Shown here: positions 28,267 through 39,900 of the stretch, piece by piece
Position numbering within the stretch: position 1 is the first letter of the stretch
Layout: each line of letters starts with the position of its first letter
Virus record (IMG/VR): IMGVR_UViG_3300024351_000643
Span: 1 to 63,721 of that record
DNA length: 63,721 nucleotides
Direction: 5' to 3' (one strand)
Origin: a virus
Lineage: Duplodnaviria > Caudoviricetes
Program-made: the position numbers and the translations under genes
Notes under the pieces: model-generated
What the model was told of the DNA's origin: nothing
The model's input: only the letters and a program-made list of their open reading frames with translations
Databases searched by the model: none

Positions 28267-28330
28267 AAAGTCACGAGGTCGTGACTTTGGTGCTACACGG
28301 AAAGTGTAGCATATTAAAAAATTGTGTCAA
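28267..28330 (-). promoter_or_regulatory. Promoter (TTGACA-16-TACACT, 28303-28330) with a downstream hairpin (28267-28288) at the head of the replication operon
   Basis: AAAGTCACGA-gg-TCGTGACTTT inverted repeat. Confidence 0.5.
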
Positions 28331-28335
28331 TAGTC

Positions 28336-28788
28336 TTAGCTAGTTGTTGGTGCTAAAGTTCCTGCTGCAAATAAAATAAATGTTACGTTTCCAGCAGTTG
28401 CTCCCGCCCCTGATCTAATTTCATATTTTACAGAAGTTTCGCTTACGCTAACAATTGTAGGATGAACTCGTAACTGTGTCTCTGCCTGTCCACTTGTTGA
28501 CTTTACTGCAATCCAGCAAGCTGGCACACCAGTAAATCCGTTGCCTGGAAATGTCCAAGTTCCGCTTGCAGAGGGTTTATTGGTAGGCTTAACAGCCTTT
28601 ACAACTTCTTTAGAAATAACAGTATTTGCACTCTTTACAATTGTTTGCTCATTTGTATTTGTAAGCGCAACAACTGAAGATGTTTCTCCCTTTGCAATTA
28701 GATTAATATTACTAACTATTGTTTTTAACAACTCAGCAGTAACAGGGTCTCCGTCATTAATCTGCATTGGGTCAATTGTTATTCCCAT
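28336..28788 (-). CDS. Probable minor tail/virion protein
   Basis: End of the tail module; beta-rich. Confidence 0.55.
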   Translation of the reverse strand: MGITIDPMQINDGDPVTAELLKTIVSNINLIAKGETSSVVALTNTNEQTIVKSANTVISKEVVKAVKPTNKPSASGTWTFPGNGFTGVPACWIAVKSTSGQAETQLRVHPTIVSVSETSVKYEIRSGAGATAGNVTFILFAAGTLAPTTS

Positions 28789-28791
28789 AAA

Positions 28792-28941
28792 CTACTCCTT
28801 ATTTTCCTCTTGCTTTTCTGCTAGAGAATTTGCTAGACTTGTTATTTCTGCACGAAGAACTGCAATGTGTGTCTCATATTGTGAGACTAACTGACCGATT
28901 CTTTCCTGTAATGCTTGAATAACTAATTCTTGTTTTTCCAT
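28792..28941 (-). CDS. 49-aa coiled-coil protein (MEKQELVIQALQERIG...); not in ORF track
   Basis: Manual translation; AAGGA SD; TGCTATAAT upstream. Confidence 0.75.
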   Translation of the reverse strand: MEKQELVIQALQERIGQLVSQYETHIAVLRAEITSLANSLAEKQEENKE

Positions 28942-28979
28942 TATATTCCTTTTCTCTCTATGATATTATAGCAATAATC

Positions 28980-29189
28980 CTATGGGTTGTCTAGTCCATT
29001 TAGCATATTATAATGCTCTAAAGTCAACATTTCTTCCGACGGATTGTCTGGCCTTGTATAGGTTGTTTGCATCTCTGATCCACATTCTGGACAATTTAAA
29101 TAAGCATCATCTCTATCCATTCTTGTAGGATGCCCCACCCTGTCCTCTATGCATACCGAACAAAAAAACATTAAGCCTTGATTAGCCAT
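28980..29189 (-). CDS. Small zinc-ribbon protein
   Basis: CSVC...CPEC. Confidence 0.65.
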   Translation of the reverse strand: MANQGLMFFCSVCIEDRVGHPTRMDRDDAYLNCPECGSEMQTTYTRPDNPSEEMLTLEHYNMLNGLDNP

Positions 29190-31830
29190 TTTCTAGTGCC
29201 TCCAGTCTAGATTTGATAGATACAAGTTCGTCTTTTATATCACGAACTATTGGAATTAATAACTGTGGTAATTCATGAATATTCATAAGTTGAGTTGGTT
29301 CTCCATTCATATTTCTTTCAACAAAATATCCAAGTCCTGCTTCTTCTAGGTCTTCAGCAATTATACCAAAAGAATGTACACCAGCAAGTTCTGGTGACAT
29401 GTCTGGATGCTCTTGAACATAGCTGAAGAATGCTGGCTTTATATTTAAAATTCTTTCATAGTATCTTGATGGAGCATATGTAATATTTTCCTTAAATCTA
29501 CGAGAAGATGTTGGACCAGTTAGGCTTGTAATATAATATATGTCTCTTGCTCTAAATCCATTTCTTACCTCGCCAGCATAAGTTCTTGAAGACGAGTCAG
29601 CAGCAAATCTAAATACGTTTGTATTTGTATTTACATAAAACGAAGATCCTGTGTCAGAATAAGGGTTTCCTGCTGATATTGTATATGGCCCTCCATCATA
29701 ACCTATAAGTATCTTAGATCCAAATATAATTCTTGGTAATTTTGATGTACTTGCTGTTAAATCTGCATTTGATAAATCAAATCCACCTATCTGACCAGAC
29801 GTAGAATAAATAGAGCCAGTTAGGGCAACAGATCCTGCAGAAGACACATTGAATGTTTGCGTACCACCACTATAGGCTCTGATTCCACTAGTGTCTATGA
29901 CCAATCCTGTTGTTGTATTTCCGACAACTTCTAACTTTCCTAAAGATATTGTTCCTGTAGTAATCTTTGCGCCATTAATTGTCGTTGTATTATTATTAAT
30001 TGCAGTTGCAACATCGGCTGCTGCAACTTTTAAATCAGCGGTATCTTGAGCCTGTTGAGCTTTAGTAGCTGCAGCAGTAGCATCATTTTGAGCAGCAACT
30101 GCTTTATTGTAGGCATTTGTAGCGGTTGTCGAAGCGCTTGTGGCTGTATTCGAAGCATTTGTAGCTGTAGTTGAAACTGTTGCTAAATTATTATTTGTAG
30201 TAGTTAATTGTGCAGATGTTGCATATCCATCTATTGAAGATGAACTAAATACAGCTCCTGTTGCATACAGTACACCTGCTTTTGTTACTCTAAACGGAGC
30301 GTTTGAAGCAGTTTGGCTGCCTACCCATAACCTGTATGTGGCATCTGTTGAGCTAAGTTTAACAATTGATGCAAGTGTTCCAGTGGTATCTCCTAGGGTT
30401 ATATTTCCACTAGAATCAAGTATTGTTCCGTTTTTAGAAATTGATCCCGTAGTTGTATTGCTTCCTTGAATATTCCATCCGCCAATGTAACCGCTTCGTG
30501 CATCTAATGCTCCAGTTGCAGAGGATACTGAAAACACTTGATTGTTATTTGAATCATAAGCAAATAATCCAGCAGAGTTCATTCTTACTCTTGCACCAGA
30601 ATCTGGTGATGCGCCTGCATATATTGTTCCTGTTGAAACCTGTACGTTTCCAGAAAATACTCCACCAGTTGCATTTATCTTACCTGTTGTGTAAAGATCA
30701 GAACCGTCCCAATACAAAAATGCTGTTGAGCTTCCTACTCTAAATTGGCCTGTATTGAGCCAATAATTGTGTCCAACATTTGTTGTAGATTTATTTAATA
30801 TAATTCCACTATAGGTCCCACTCGTCATGCTTGGTGTTGTTGTGGTAGAAGTATTTATATCTTGAGAAATACCAGTTCCAAATTTAAACAGATCTGCAGT
30901 TTTACCGCCAATTGAAATTATTGATTTGAGTTGTGCCCATGCGTCTGAAGGCATTGTGGGATCAACAATTGGTCCGACTGTTCCTGATTGCGGTGATGTC
31001 CAAGAAATTGCATTGTACGGACTCTTTGCTGTCACTTGCCAATAGTATAGTGTATTTGGAACAAGGCCAGTAATTGTAAATGTAGTTGTTGCCTTTCCTT
31101 CAACCTGACCATACTCCCAGACTGGATTTTGTGTGGTAGCTGGATTTTGTGTAGTCCATCTAATTACATATCCAGATGTGTTGCTGTCTGTATTTGCTGT
31201 CCATGATGCAGTTATTCCTGCTTTGAATCCAGTTACATCTTTTGGATCAAGAAATCCTGAAACCGAAGCTCCAGCGGGTGCTGTTGGCGGAGTTGTGGTA
31301 TCTGGATCTGCATTAAGTGGTGTTACTGGTCCAGCAATAACATCGCTTTTATTTTCATCCTCCCACTGGTCTCTTGTTCTTATTTTTACCCATCTAGGTG
31401 CAAAATTTGAAGTTGGTATTGTTACAGATGTTGATGTTCCTGTATAAACTATATACTCTTCTCCCGCAAATGCTCCTGTTAAACTTTCAAAAATAATTAT
31501 ATCTGCGTGTTCGCTTGCGCTTTGCAAAGTAAATTTTATTCCATATGATTTTATAGCTGCAGTTAAAACTACATTTGTTACTGGTAATGTTTTATTTGGA
31601 ATATCAAAAGTAAAACTTAGCCATGGGGAGGGTCCACTTAAAGACATTTTTTTTGTCTCTGGATCTTCATACTTATAAGCTGCTGCAATTTGATATCTTT
31701 TATATGCTACAAGTGAAATATCTATTGTTTCTGTAAATGAATCCGCTGATGTAGCTGATGCGGCAGCTGCAGCATCAGTAGCATCTTTTTGTAAATCTGG
31801 CGGAGTATACCCCTTGTAATTATCTGGCAT
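29182..31830 (-). CDS. Tail fibre/spike with FN3 domain, coiled coil and C-terminal S74 intramolecular chaperone
   Basis: TITGLVPNTLYYWQV (FN3); SSRRFKENI...GIIAEDL (S74). Confidence 0.8.
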   Translation of the reverse strand: MPDNYKGYTPPDLQKDATDAAAAASATSADSFTETIDISLVAYKRYQIAAAYKYEDPETKKMSLSGPSPWLSFTFDIPNKTLPVTNVVLTAAIKSYGIKFTLQSASEHADIIIFESLTGAFAGEEYIVYTGTSTSVTIPTSNFAPRWVKIRTRDQWEDENKSDVIAGPVTPLNADPDTTTPPTAPAGASVSGFLDPKDVTGFKAGITASWTANTDSNTSGYVIRWTTQNPATTQNPVWEYGQVEGKATTTFTITGLVPNTLYYWQVTAKSPYNAISWTSPQSGTVGPIVDPTMPSDAWAQLKSIISIGGKTADLFKFGTGISQDINTSTTTTPSMTSGTYSGIILNKSTTNVGHNYWLNTGQFRVGSSTAFLYWDGSDLYTTGKINATGGVFSGNVQVSTGTIYAGASPDSGARVRMNSAGLFAYDSNNNQVFSVSSATGALDARSGYIGGWNIQGSNTTTGSISKNGTILDSSGNITLGDTTGTLASIVKLSSTDATYRLWVGSQTASNAPFRVTKAGVLYATGAVFSSSSIDGYATSAQLTTTNNNLATVSTTATNASNTATSASTTATNAYNKAVAAQNDATAAATKAQQAQDTADLKVAAADVATAINNNTTTINGAKITTGTISLGKLEVVGNTTTGLVIDTSGIRAYSGGTQTFNVSSAGSVALTGSIYSTSGQIGGFDLSNADLTASTSKLPRIIFGSKILIGYDGGPYTISAGNPYSDTGSSFYVNTNTNVFRFAADSSSRTYAGEVRNGFRARDIYYITSLTGPTSSRRFKENITYAPSRYYERILNIKPAFFSYVQEHPDMSPELAGVHSFGIIAEDLEEAGLGYFVERNMNGEPTQLMNIHELPQLLIPIVRDIKDELVSIKSRLEALENG

Positions 31831-31831
31831 T

Positions 31832-32782
31832 TTAGAAATTTAACCCCAAACGATATTCTATGTCCATTTGTTTTCCAAGAGACTTTGTTTGTGAATTAGT
31901 CAAAGCTGATCTACTTATCATTCCATAGTCTACTCTAAAACTATCTTCGTCATTTATTCGCAATCCATCAAATAAAACAGTAGAGTTTTGCGAAGTGTTA
32001 GCTTTGACGCCTACTGAGATTTTAATTATATTTTGTGTAGGAGTTCCAACATTATGAGATGCTGTATTTTCATAAAGATCTTTTAATTCAACCTTTTGAA
32101 CCTTATCTCCTATTGACGTTCCACTAAACCTTGTTTCATAGTAATCTGTGTCAGAAGAATAAAGTCTAATAAAAACATAATTTAATTTTGTGTCAACTTG
32201 TCTATAGGCTAACGTTATGCTATCTAGCGAGCTATATCCTTCTAAATCAAGATTAGATACATATGAATATTCTTTTTCTGCACCCGAAGTCGAAACAACA
32301 GACATTCGAGAAGATCCAATTGGTGGGACTGGTGTTGTAGCAAGCGATGCTCTATTACCGCTTGAATCTGTCCACTGAGTTGTGTTTTCAAAAGTTGAAA
32401 TAATTTTGCTTTGATAATCAGTTGTGCCAAAAGTTACTGACGGAAATAGACCAATTTCTTTTATAACCCCTGCAGAATCTGTTGGCAAAGTACATTTATA
32501 AATAACTCCATATGTTGTAACGCCAGTTGCTGGATCTGTATAGATATCTATGCTTTGCATTTCTGCCTGTGCTCTATAAAATTCAAATTGAAGTTGAGTG
32601 TCATTTACTGTAGGAGCAGTTGAACCTATGCCAATAGCTATATCTTTTTTATCATTTTGATTAATGCCAGCCAGTGCTTGGGTTATATATCTTTTACCAA
32701 ATTTTGTAATTAAATTTGATTGACGATAAACTTCCTTTCCGTCTTCATAAAATATATAAGTACCTGTAATATTATTGTCCAT
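31832..32782 (-). CDS. Tail tip/baseplate structural protein
   Basis: NLITKFG...IAIGIG...EIGL pattern; position. Confidence 0.6.
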   Translation of the reverse strand: MDNNITGTYIFYEDGKEVYRQSNLITKFGKRYITQALAGINQNDKKDIAIGIGSTAPTVNDTQLQFEFYRAQAEMQSIDIYTDPATGVTTYGVIYKCTLPTDSAGVIKEIGLFPSVTFGTTDYQSKIISTFENTTQWTDSSGNRASLATTPVPPIGSSRMSVVSTSGAEKEYSYVSNLDLEGYSSLDSITLAYRQVDTKLNYVFIRLYSSDTDYYETRFSGTSIGDKVQKVELKDLYENTASHNVGTPTQNIIKISVGVKANTSQNSTVLFDGLRINDEDSFRVDYGMISRSALTNSQTKSLGKQMDIEYRLGLNF

Positions 32783-33119
32783 AAATCTGAACTCCTTTTA
32801 CTGCTTCTCCTACGTGATTTTTTACATTTACTGTAACTCTTAAAAAATCATTTCCGTTTTTATCTCTTATCTTTTCTTTTTTTACAATTGTAATATCTGA
32901 CAAAAATGGTGCTTCTAGTGCCGATTCTACCGTTTCGTCTGTTACTTCAGATGTATCATCTTCATCTCCGCCGTCCGATGAACTAGAATCTTTACTTTTT
33001 GAGTATAGGGAATCTCCCTTGATGACCGTAACAAACTCAGGCTTTAATATATCTATTAAGGGGTCTCCCTCTTTTAATAAATATTTAGCTTGACGCACAT
33101 AATTATTTTTATCTGTCAT
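32772..33119 (-). CDS. Hypothetical tail-region protein
   Basis: ORF with a leaderless TGGTAGAAT promoter. Confidence 0.65.
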   Translation of the reverse strand: MTDKNNYVRQAKYLLKEGDPLIDILKPEFVTVIKGDSLYSKSKDSSSSDGGDEDDTSEVTDETVESALEAPFLSDITIVKKEKIRDKNGNDFLRVTVNVKNHVGEAVKGVQIYGQ

Positions 33120-33136
33120 AATTCCATTCTACCATT

Positions 33137-36100
33137 TCATCCAGTAAAAATCGACCTTGCCCGAACCTTAGTGCCAGAGCCTAGGTCTGACGAATTGGAT
33201 ACTTGAATAACAACATATTTGCCCACAGATTGTCCTGAAGGCACTGTGTCCTCTGATGAATATAGGCCATTGTCTGGATATGATATTTCAATAAGATCGC
33301 CTATTTCCAATAACGGATTAAAGAATGACTCTATGTCTACTACCCTTTGCTGCTTAGACCATTGTTTTCTTATCCAATCGTGTAGGGACTTTGCCTCTGA
33401 GTCTTTTTGTATCCATGTCGAATCAAAAACAATTCCTTGCTTCTTATCCTCTTCAGAAAGTGTTGGATCAATGTATTCAAAAGCATCTTTAGTTTGTATA
33501 CTATCTCCAACAATTGAAAATCTTTTTTCTGTTCCGTCTGATAAAGGAGTAAATGCACCGCTGTTATTTATAACAAATACATCTGCGGTAAACGAGTCTA
33601 ATGATTGTCCAACTACAGAAACATTTGGGTTTAAGATAACCTGACTAAATTTTGGAAACCCTGGGTTAGAATATCTAAAAGTTATTCTTTTTATTTCTCT
33701 TGCCACTGGGCCAAATTCTTTTAGCCAAAGCGGCTTGGACTGTGTGCCTGATTTAGAAAATACAAAATCGGAAAAATATTGAATGATTTTAGAATTAATT
33801 CCCAAGAAGCTTTTATAAGGGTCGTAGGAAAGATCTTTTGCAAATTCTGAATCATTTATTGATGTTGCATAGACATAATCAAATGTTGTAGCTCCTTGCA
33901 TTGAGCATAAAGCAAGTTTTGAAGTTATTGGTAATGGATTTACATCTTTTATAACAATTCTTGTTCCATTAAATATTACTTTGAATATATTTGCTGTAAC
34001 ACCGTCTGAAGTTACTCTTGCAACCTTAATATCAATTTTATACAATTCTCCGCCGTCAATACCAGTTATTGGGGTTGCGCCTTCTCCTGTTTGAGTATCT
34101 CCCAAGGCTTGTAGTTTTCCGTTTACAATTTTATACATTGTGACGTCTTTGTAGTTTTTATCTTTTGTCACATTTTGTGTTGTGTTAACTTCTAGAAGGT
34201 ATCCGCTTTTATTATCTGAACCCAAACAGAATGCTATTGCTCCCTTTGTTCTTTGTTCCCCAGTATCCTGGCCAGAAGCATTTTTTATTAGCGGAAAATA
34301 CATGCTAGTTCCTATAAGGAAATACTGTGGGGATCCAGTTGTATAGTCTGGAGATATTGTATTTGGTGAAACCATTGTGTACTTTTTGTTATCTGTATAA
34401 ACATATGTTGTTGCACCACTCTCATCGGTAGAAGTTGTTTTTTGTGTATCTGGTGCAAAAATAGTCATCATTGATCTAGGTACATCATTTGCAAATTTTA
34501 TACCGAAGGTGTTTGCTTCTTTTGCAATATCGTCTAACGTAAATTTAGTATTGTCTACGGATGTAGTTTGTGTAGACTCATCTAATATTGTTGCCGTCCA
34601 CTCTGCTTTTAAACTAGCAATATTAACTTCATGGGCCACTGGCTCTGGTAAAACATTAAAAGCATTTCTTGTTTTAATTCTATATTCAAATTCTGGCTTA
34701 AATGAATTTGGTTTTGACAAACCTTCCCATTTACTTACATCGGCATCAGAAGTAATCCATCTATACTTGATTGCTCCAGTATCTACATCCGCATATTGAT
34801 ATTTAATTGCATCGTATTCTATGACTTCTTGATTTACAACAAAGTACCCAGAGAATGAATTAAACTTGGTTGCATACCCATCAATAAGAATTGGCTTTAG
34901 GCTTATTACTCCTAGTGGTGCCGCTCCAGATCCGTTTAAATCTGGTTGAGCTGGTGCTGATGCTGGCAATGTGCTTTGTAATGAAGCGGCTCCAAGTATA
35001 AGAACGGGAGCATCGTATAGCGGATCTGAGTTTTGATAATATGAAGCAGAAAGTCTTGGAGCGTACATTATTTTTACTGACTTAACGCTAGGGACATCTA
35101 CTGAATTTAAATTAATTATATTTGCTAGATTAGATCCATTTGCGTTAAATCTAAATTTAAAGTCTGAAGTTCTGTTTCTAAAAATATAATCTCTAGTATA
35201 AAACTGCAAAATATTATTCTCATCAAACGTAGCAATTGTTTGAGTATCTTTACAAATATCCTGAATATGCTCCCACACAGTCTTGCCTGGATCTGTGTAC
35301 CAGTAATACGGTCTAATGCTAGATGTATCTGTATCTGCAGAATTAAAATTATAATTTGTAAATCCTATAGAATCTAGTAGTCTTCTTATGATTGCTTGTG
35401 AAGAAGATTCTTGAACTAAAATGTCTGGAGGGAATATTTCTTGAAGCTCTTTTGCTCCGTCCTGTGCTTGTACTGTTACATTTCCAAATTCGTCTGCAGA
35501 ATATTCTGTCATAAAGAATGTCCCTTGAGAAATTTTATCAGAACCTATTTTAAAGAATGGGCTTACAATTACATCTTTATAAAAATTTGTTTTTGTAGAG
35601 TCAAAATTATTATAAGATTTGTCGTACAAAACAAAAGATTTATCGTAATAATTAAAATTAATATTTGCTAGATTAGATGTAACAAGACTAACTGGTATCA
35701 CACTATCATTTTGATCTGATGCTGATTTTGTAGTTTCAAAAGAAATTAAATCAGAAGAAACATTTTTAACGTACCTGCCAGATATTTCTATAATTCCTAC
35801 GTATCCGTTGGCTACTGTTACGCTATTTATTTCTAATGTTATTTTTGTAATAGAAATTGGAGATGATGGATTTGTAAATTCTGTTGTGCTCCACGATGAT
35901 CCATTGTAGTAAAGGTTTAACAATCCGTCACTAGGTACGCTTGCGTTTGCGTGTGTTGCTAATGTTATTTGTCCAGAACCTGTCGTTGCTTTAACCGACC
36001 ACGTCGCTGGCAATCCGTGTGAAGGTTCAAATTTAATTGCAACTTTATTTATAGAAGCATTTTTACTTGAAGGATAATTTACATCTATTACGCATCCAGA

Positions 36101-36508
36101 TAGGGATGTGCCTGAGGCCTTAGGAGTTACCCAATATTTATAAGATGTTTTGACTCCTGGGAAATACATTCTAGTGTTAAATTTAGTGTCCGCCGAATAC
36201 ATAATTGTTTTTTGTGCACCTGGATCACCTAATATAAAATATTGAACTCCTGCTTTTTTAGGTCTTCTTGGTTCAATGATTGATGTTAATGGAAAAAGTT
36301 TTGTAAATGGCTTATAAGTACTGCCGTCGCTTGCTGTTTTAATAACAGTCAAACTACCTTCTGGATTAGCCTCTGTTCCATTTGGGCCTCTAACAGTAAC
36401 TCCGCTAATTAAATCATTCATATTATATTCAAACCAGCAGCCAGGTTCTGCGGTTATAGATGTTGATTGGTTTAAAGCGTCTAGCGTTGACTGGCTAACA
36501 GATATCAT
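33137..36508 (-). CDS. Large minor tail protein (tail tip/hub; start refined to MISVSQ)
   Basis: Follows the distal tail gene; NPLLEIGDLIEI motif. Confidence 0.7.
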   Translation of the reverse strand: MISVSQSTLDALNQSTSITAEPGCWFEYNMNDLISGVTVRGPNGTEANPEGSLTVIKTASDGSTYKPFTKLFPLTSIIEPRRPKKAGVQYFILGDPGAQKTIMYSADTKFNTRMYFPGVKTSYKYWVTPKASGTSLSGCVIDVNYPSSKNASINKVAIKFEPSHGLPATWSVKATTGSGQITLATHANASVPSDGLLNLYYNGSSWSTTEFTNPSSPISITKITLEINSVTVANGYVGIIEISGRYVKNVSSDLISFETTKSASDQNDSVIPVSLVTSNLANINFNYYDKSFVLYDKSYNNFDSTKTNFYKDVIVSPFFKIGSDKISQGTFFMTEYSADEFGNVTVQAQDGAKELQEIFPPDILVQESSSQAIIRRLLDSIGFTNYNFNSADTDTSSIRPYYWYTDPGKTVWEHIQDICKDTQTIATFDENNILQFYTRDYIFRNRTSDFKFRFNANGSNLANIINLNSVDVPSVKSVKIMYAPRLSASYYQNSDPLYDAPVLILGAASLQSTLPASAPAQPDLNGSGAAPLGVISLKPILIDGYATKFNSFSGYFVVNQEVIEYDAIKYQYADVDTGAIKYRWITSDADVSKWEGLSKPNSFKPEFEYRIKTRNAFNVLPEPVAHEVNIASLKAEWTATILDESTQTTSVDNTKFTLDDIAKEANTFGIKFANDVPRSMMTIFAPDTQKTTSTDESGATTYVYTDNKKYTMVSPNTISPDYTTGSPQYFLIGTSMYFPLIKNASGQDTGEQRTKGAIAFCLGSDNKSGYLLEVNTTQNVTKDKNYKDVTMYKIVNGKLQALGDTQTGEGATPITGIDGGELYKIDIKVARVTSDGVTANIFKVIFNGTRIVIKDVNPLPITSKLALCSMQGATTFDYVYATSINDSEFAKDLSYDPYKSFLGINSKIIQYFSDFVFSKSGTQSKPLWLKEFGPVAREIKRITFRYSNPGFPKFSQVILNPNVSVVGQSLDSFTADVFVINNSGAFTPLSDGTEKRFSIVGDSIQTKDAFEYIDPTLSEEDKKQGIVFDSTWIQKDSEAKSLHDWIRKQWSKQQRVVDIESFFNPLLEIGDLIEISYPDNGLYSSEDTVPSGQSVGKYVVIQVSNSSDLGSGTKVRARSIFTG

Positions 36509-36966
36509 TATACCTCTTCCAAAGATATACTGACGTCCCAAAATTCTTGTGGAGTTGTTATGCCGTGATCTTTAACGTTTCTTTTTGTCATTGTCATTGA
36601 AAATGATGCAAAAAATGCTGTAAAAATTTCATCTCTACCAGCAACGCCATTGTATGAGATCTTAACCTTAAATGAACCTTTACCTTTGTTCAAGTAAAAA
36701 GTTCTTAAATCTTCAGCTCCATAACCGCCATCTACAGTCATTGTTGTGTAAGACGGAAGAGTGCTCCATGAAGTAGATATTGCTTTTTTGTCTGCAATAT
36801 AAAGTTTACGCAAAGAACCGTTTGCCATTCTTTGAGTTTGTTCATGTCGATATGGGTCCATACTTATAGGCGCTCTATTGTGCTCTGAAAGCTTTTGCCA
36901 CGTTGGGGTTGATGTTGAGGATGTATCAATATATAACGCAGATCCTACGGGTAAAGTTATTGTCAT
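36508..36966 (-). CDS. Distal tail-like protein
   Basis: Directly after tape measure; RMANGSLR. Confidence 0.6.
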   Translation of the reverse strand: MTITLPVGSALYIDTSSTSTPTWQKLSEHNRAPISMDPYRHEQTQRMANGSLRKLYIADKKAISTSWSTLPSYTTMTVDGGYGAEDLRTFYLNKGKGSFKVKISYNGVAGRDEIFTAFFASFSMTMTKRNVKDHGITTPQEFWDVSISLEEV

Positions 36967-39900
36967 GATTTCCTCACTTTAATATTTTTATTAACGCCTA
37001 CGCTTAATTGCGTTGATTTTGTTGCATCTCTCAAAACATCTGTAGCTGCAATTTTTGCTAAATTAATTAGCTGAGCTTCATTCATCCCATCTGATGCATG
37101 GATATGTTGTTCATATGTAATATTACCATATGATGGCTGCTTGACGCTTCCAATTTGAAGTGCGGCCTTATTCACATCATATCTTGGAGAGCTGAATGGT
37201 ATATTTGCTAAGTTAGGAATAATCATTCCTCCAAATGCCATTTCTGGACCACGGTCTCCAACGATTGTAGGAATATTTGGATTAAGCTTCATTGTTCCGT
37301 ACCCAGCTTTTTCAACCCTCATTGTTCTAAGGTATGGGTTATCAACTCCAGTAATTCTATACTTTTGTTTACCTTGTGTAAACACACTTCCAATTGAAGT
37401 ACTTATGCCTTGATTATATAAAGCCATTGAATCTATTGTCATTATTGTTTTAGCTGCGGATCCTGTGCCAATAGTTGATGATTGTACTCCAGGATTTGAT
37501 CTGGATGCTTTAAACTCTGTATTAACTGTTCCCTTTGCGCCCATGTCAACTTTTTTACCGTTAATAATAATGTCTCCAGAGCCCATCTGAATTCCATTTT
37601 TTTCTAGTCCATCTGCTATGGCAGAAACAATACCGTTCTTAGGATCTGTAATTAGTGAAAGAGCTGAATCTACTGCAGACTTACCCTTAGTTGCTGGAGT
37701 CACCACTAAGCCGCTTGTTGGGCTATATGTTACAGTTTGAGGTTTTGCTCCCTCTCCAGCTGTAGTTTTAATTCCTGCAGCTCTTGCTCCAGCTTCAATT
37801 CTTGCTAATTCTTTTTTACCAGCAACTGTTGTTGCATACTCTTCTAGGCTCTTACCTGCAGCTTTTGCATTTAATGCATATGCAGTCATTGCATCATTTA
37901 CTTCTTGAATCTTTGATTTTTGTGAAGCAATCTTATCGTTTAGTTTGCTTAGGCTTTCTCCAGCCAATGCTGCGTTATCGGCAAGTTTTTCATTTGCTGC
38001 ATTAATTGCATCAATCTTAGCCTGTAAAGGTTTATTTGCAGCATCTCTTGCATTTTCAATAGCAGCTCTTTGAGAGTTATATTGCATATCACTTTGAATA
38101 CCCTTAATGTCAAGTGATAATTGTTGAGCTTCTGCAGTATTTCCTGTTGCTACTGCAGCATCGTATGCAGCTCTCTTCTTTTCAAGTTCTCTAGCAAGAT
38201 CGCCTTCTTGTTTTGCAAGATCTAATGCTTTTAATCTAGACTCTGCAAGCTTATTGTTTAAATCAATCTGCTTCTGTAGTCCCTTTAGTTGATCTCTTGT
38301 ATTTATTTGTTGCTGTACAGATTGTCCCTTTTGTGCAGCAAGCAATTTTTTCTGTTGTGCTGTAAGTTTATCTAATGCATCATATTGATTCTTAAGTAGT
38401 CCAGACTTGTTTGCAGCTTCTACTGAAGCACTAATACTGTTGGCCATTGCTAACAATGCAGCAGTTTGCTTAGCATTTAGTTGAGAAAGATCTCCGCTAT
38501 ATCCCTTTGCCTGCAATCTAATTTTTTGCCACAAGCTAAGTACTGTATCCTGGGTATTAGCAAACTTTTTAATTAATGGATTTTCTTTTGCAAGCTCATT
38601 AATTGTTTCTTGAGTTATCTTGAATCCAGTTCCCTTAGCGCTGTTAATCTTTTCAGTTAATTGCTGTTCGGCCTGAAGCTCTGATAATACTTTAGTTTTT
38701 CCAGTTTTATCTTTTGCTGCGGCTTTTCTGCTCTTCTTAATCATTTCTTCTACAGCTGTATCCATTGCTGTCATTGAAGTTAGTGCTGCTCCAGCACCTT
38801 CCTTGCCGCCTTCTCTTGATGCTCGTCCGTAATTAGAAATTGCAGATACTGCTGCTGTTGGAGCATCTACAACTTTATTAAATGCAGGATTATTTACAGT
38901 AGCAAGCAATGCACTAGCAGATTGCTTTGAAACTTTAAACATGGCATAAATTTTCTTTGTGGCTTCTTCTGAGCTCATACCTGCAGCAATAAACTGGTTC
39001 TTCAAATCTAGAGCGACATTCTTTAAGTTCTTGTCACCCTTTGTTTGATTAATTAGTTTAATCTGATCTCCAAATACGCCCTTGACCTCTGCCTTAAGCT
39101 TCTTATACTCTTCAATTGTCATTTCAATTGGTTGATTTGCAGACATTAAACTTTCATATGCCAACTGATTCTTTTCTCTTAGAGCTTTGGCATTTTCAAT
39201 TGTAGCCTTCATTACATCATTATAATTTTTAAACTTAAGTCCTGCTTTTTGTGCAGCTTCAGCAGTTAAAGAATATTGAGTCATTCCAACTCTTAGGTGC
39301 TCATTGTGATCTCCCCAACGCTTTATTCCTATTGCTACAGCAGCAGTTACTCCTGCTATCGCTAAACCTGCTGGATTCATTAACATTGGTAATTTGCTTA
39401 ATAGGCCACCCATTCTTCCAAGAACTCCAGCAAACTTACCTCCGTTTGCTCCTAGCGAAGCAAATTTTGTAGAAAGCTTCTCCATCCCTGGAAGCGGTTT
39501 TGTCATAGCTGATTGATTTGAGAAGAAAGATCCATTTTCCATCCTTGGACCTTCCATTCCTCTTGAACTTCTCATAGAAGGCATTTTGGCGCCAGCAAAT
39601 GGAATTCCTCCAAGTATTGTTGAAAGAAGCATGCCTCCCATCATACCGCCCATGTCTCCGCCAACCTTGGAACCCATTGAAGAACCTAGTGGAAATCCTA
39701 CTGAGGACAATACGCCAGAGAGTATCATCTTTCCTATTGCTCCGCCCATGTTATATCCTACAGGACCTCCAGCATTAAATCCAAACATTTCTTTTCTAAT
39801 TTTTCTTGTAGAAGGAGTCCAGTCTGAATTTGACCAGTTTGCATATTTTTCTCTTAGAATTTCTCTATCAATTCTAGAAAGTCTTTTATCTCCGCTAGAA

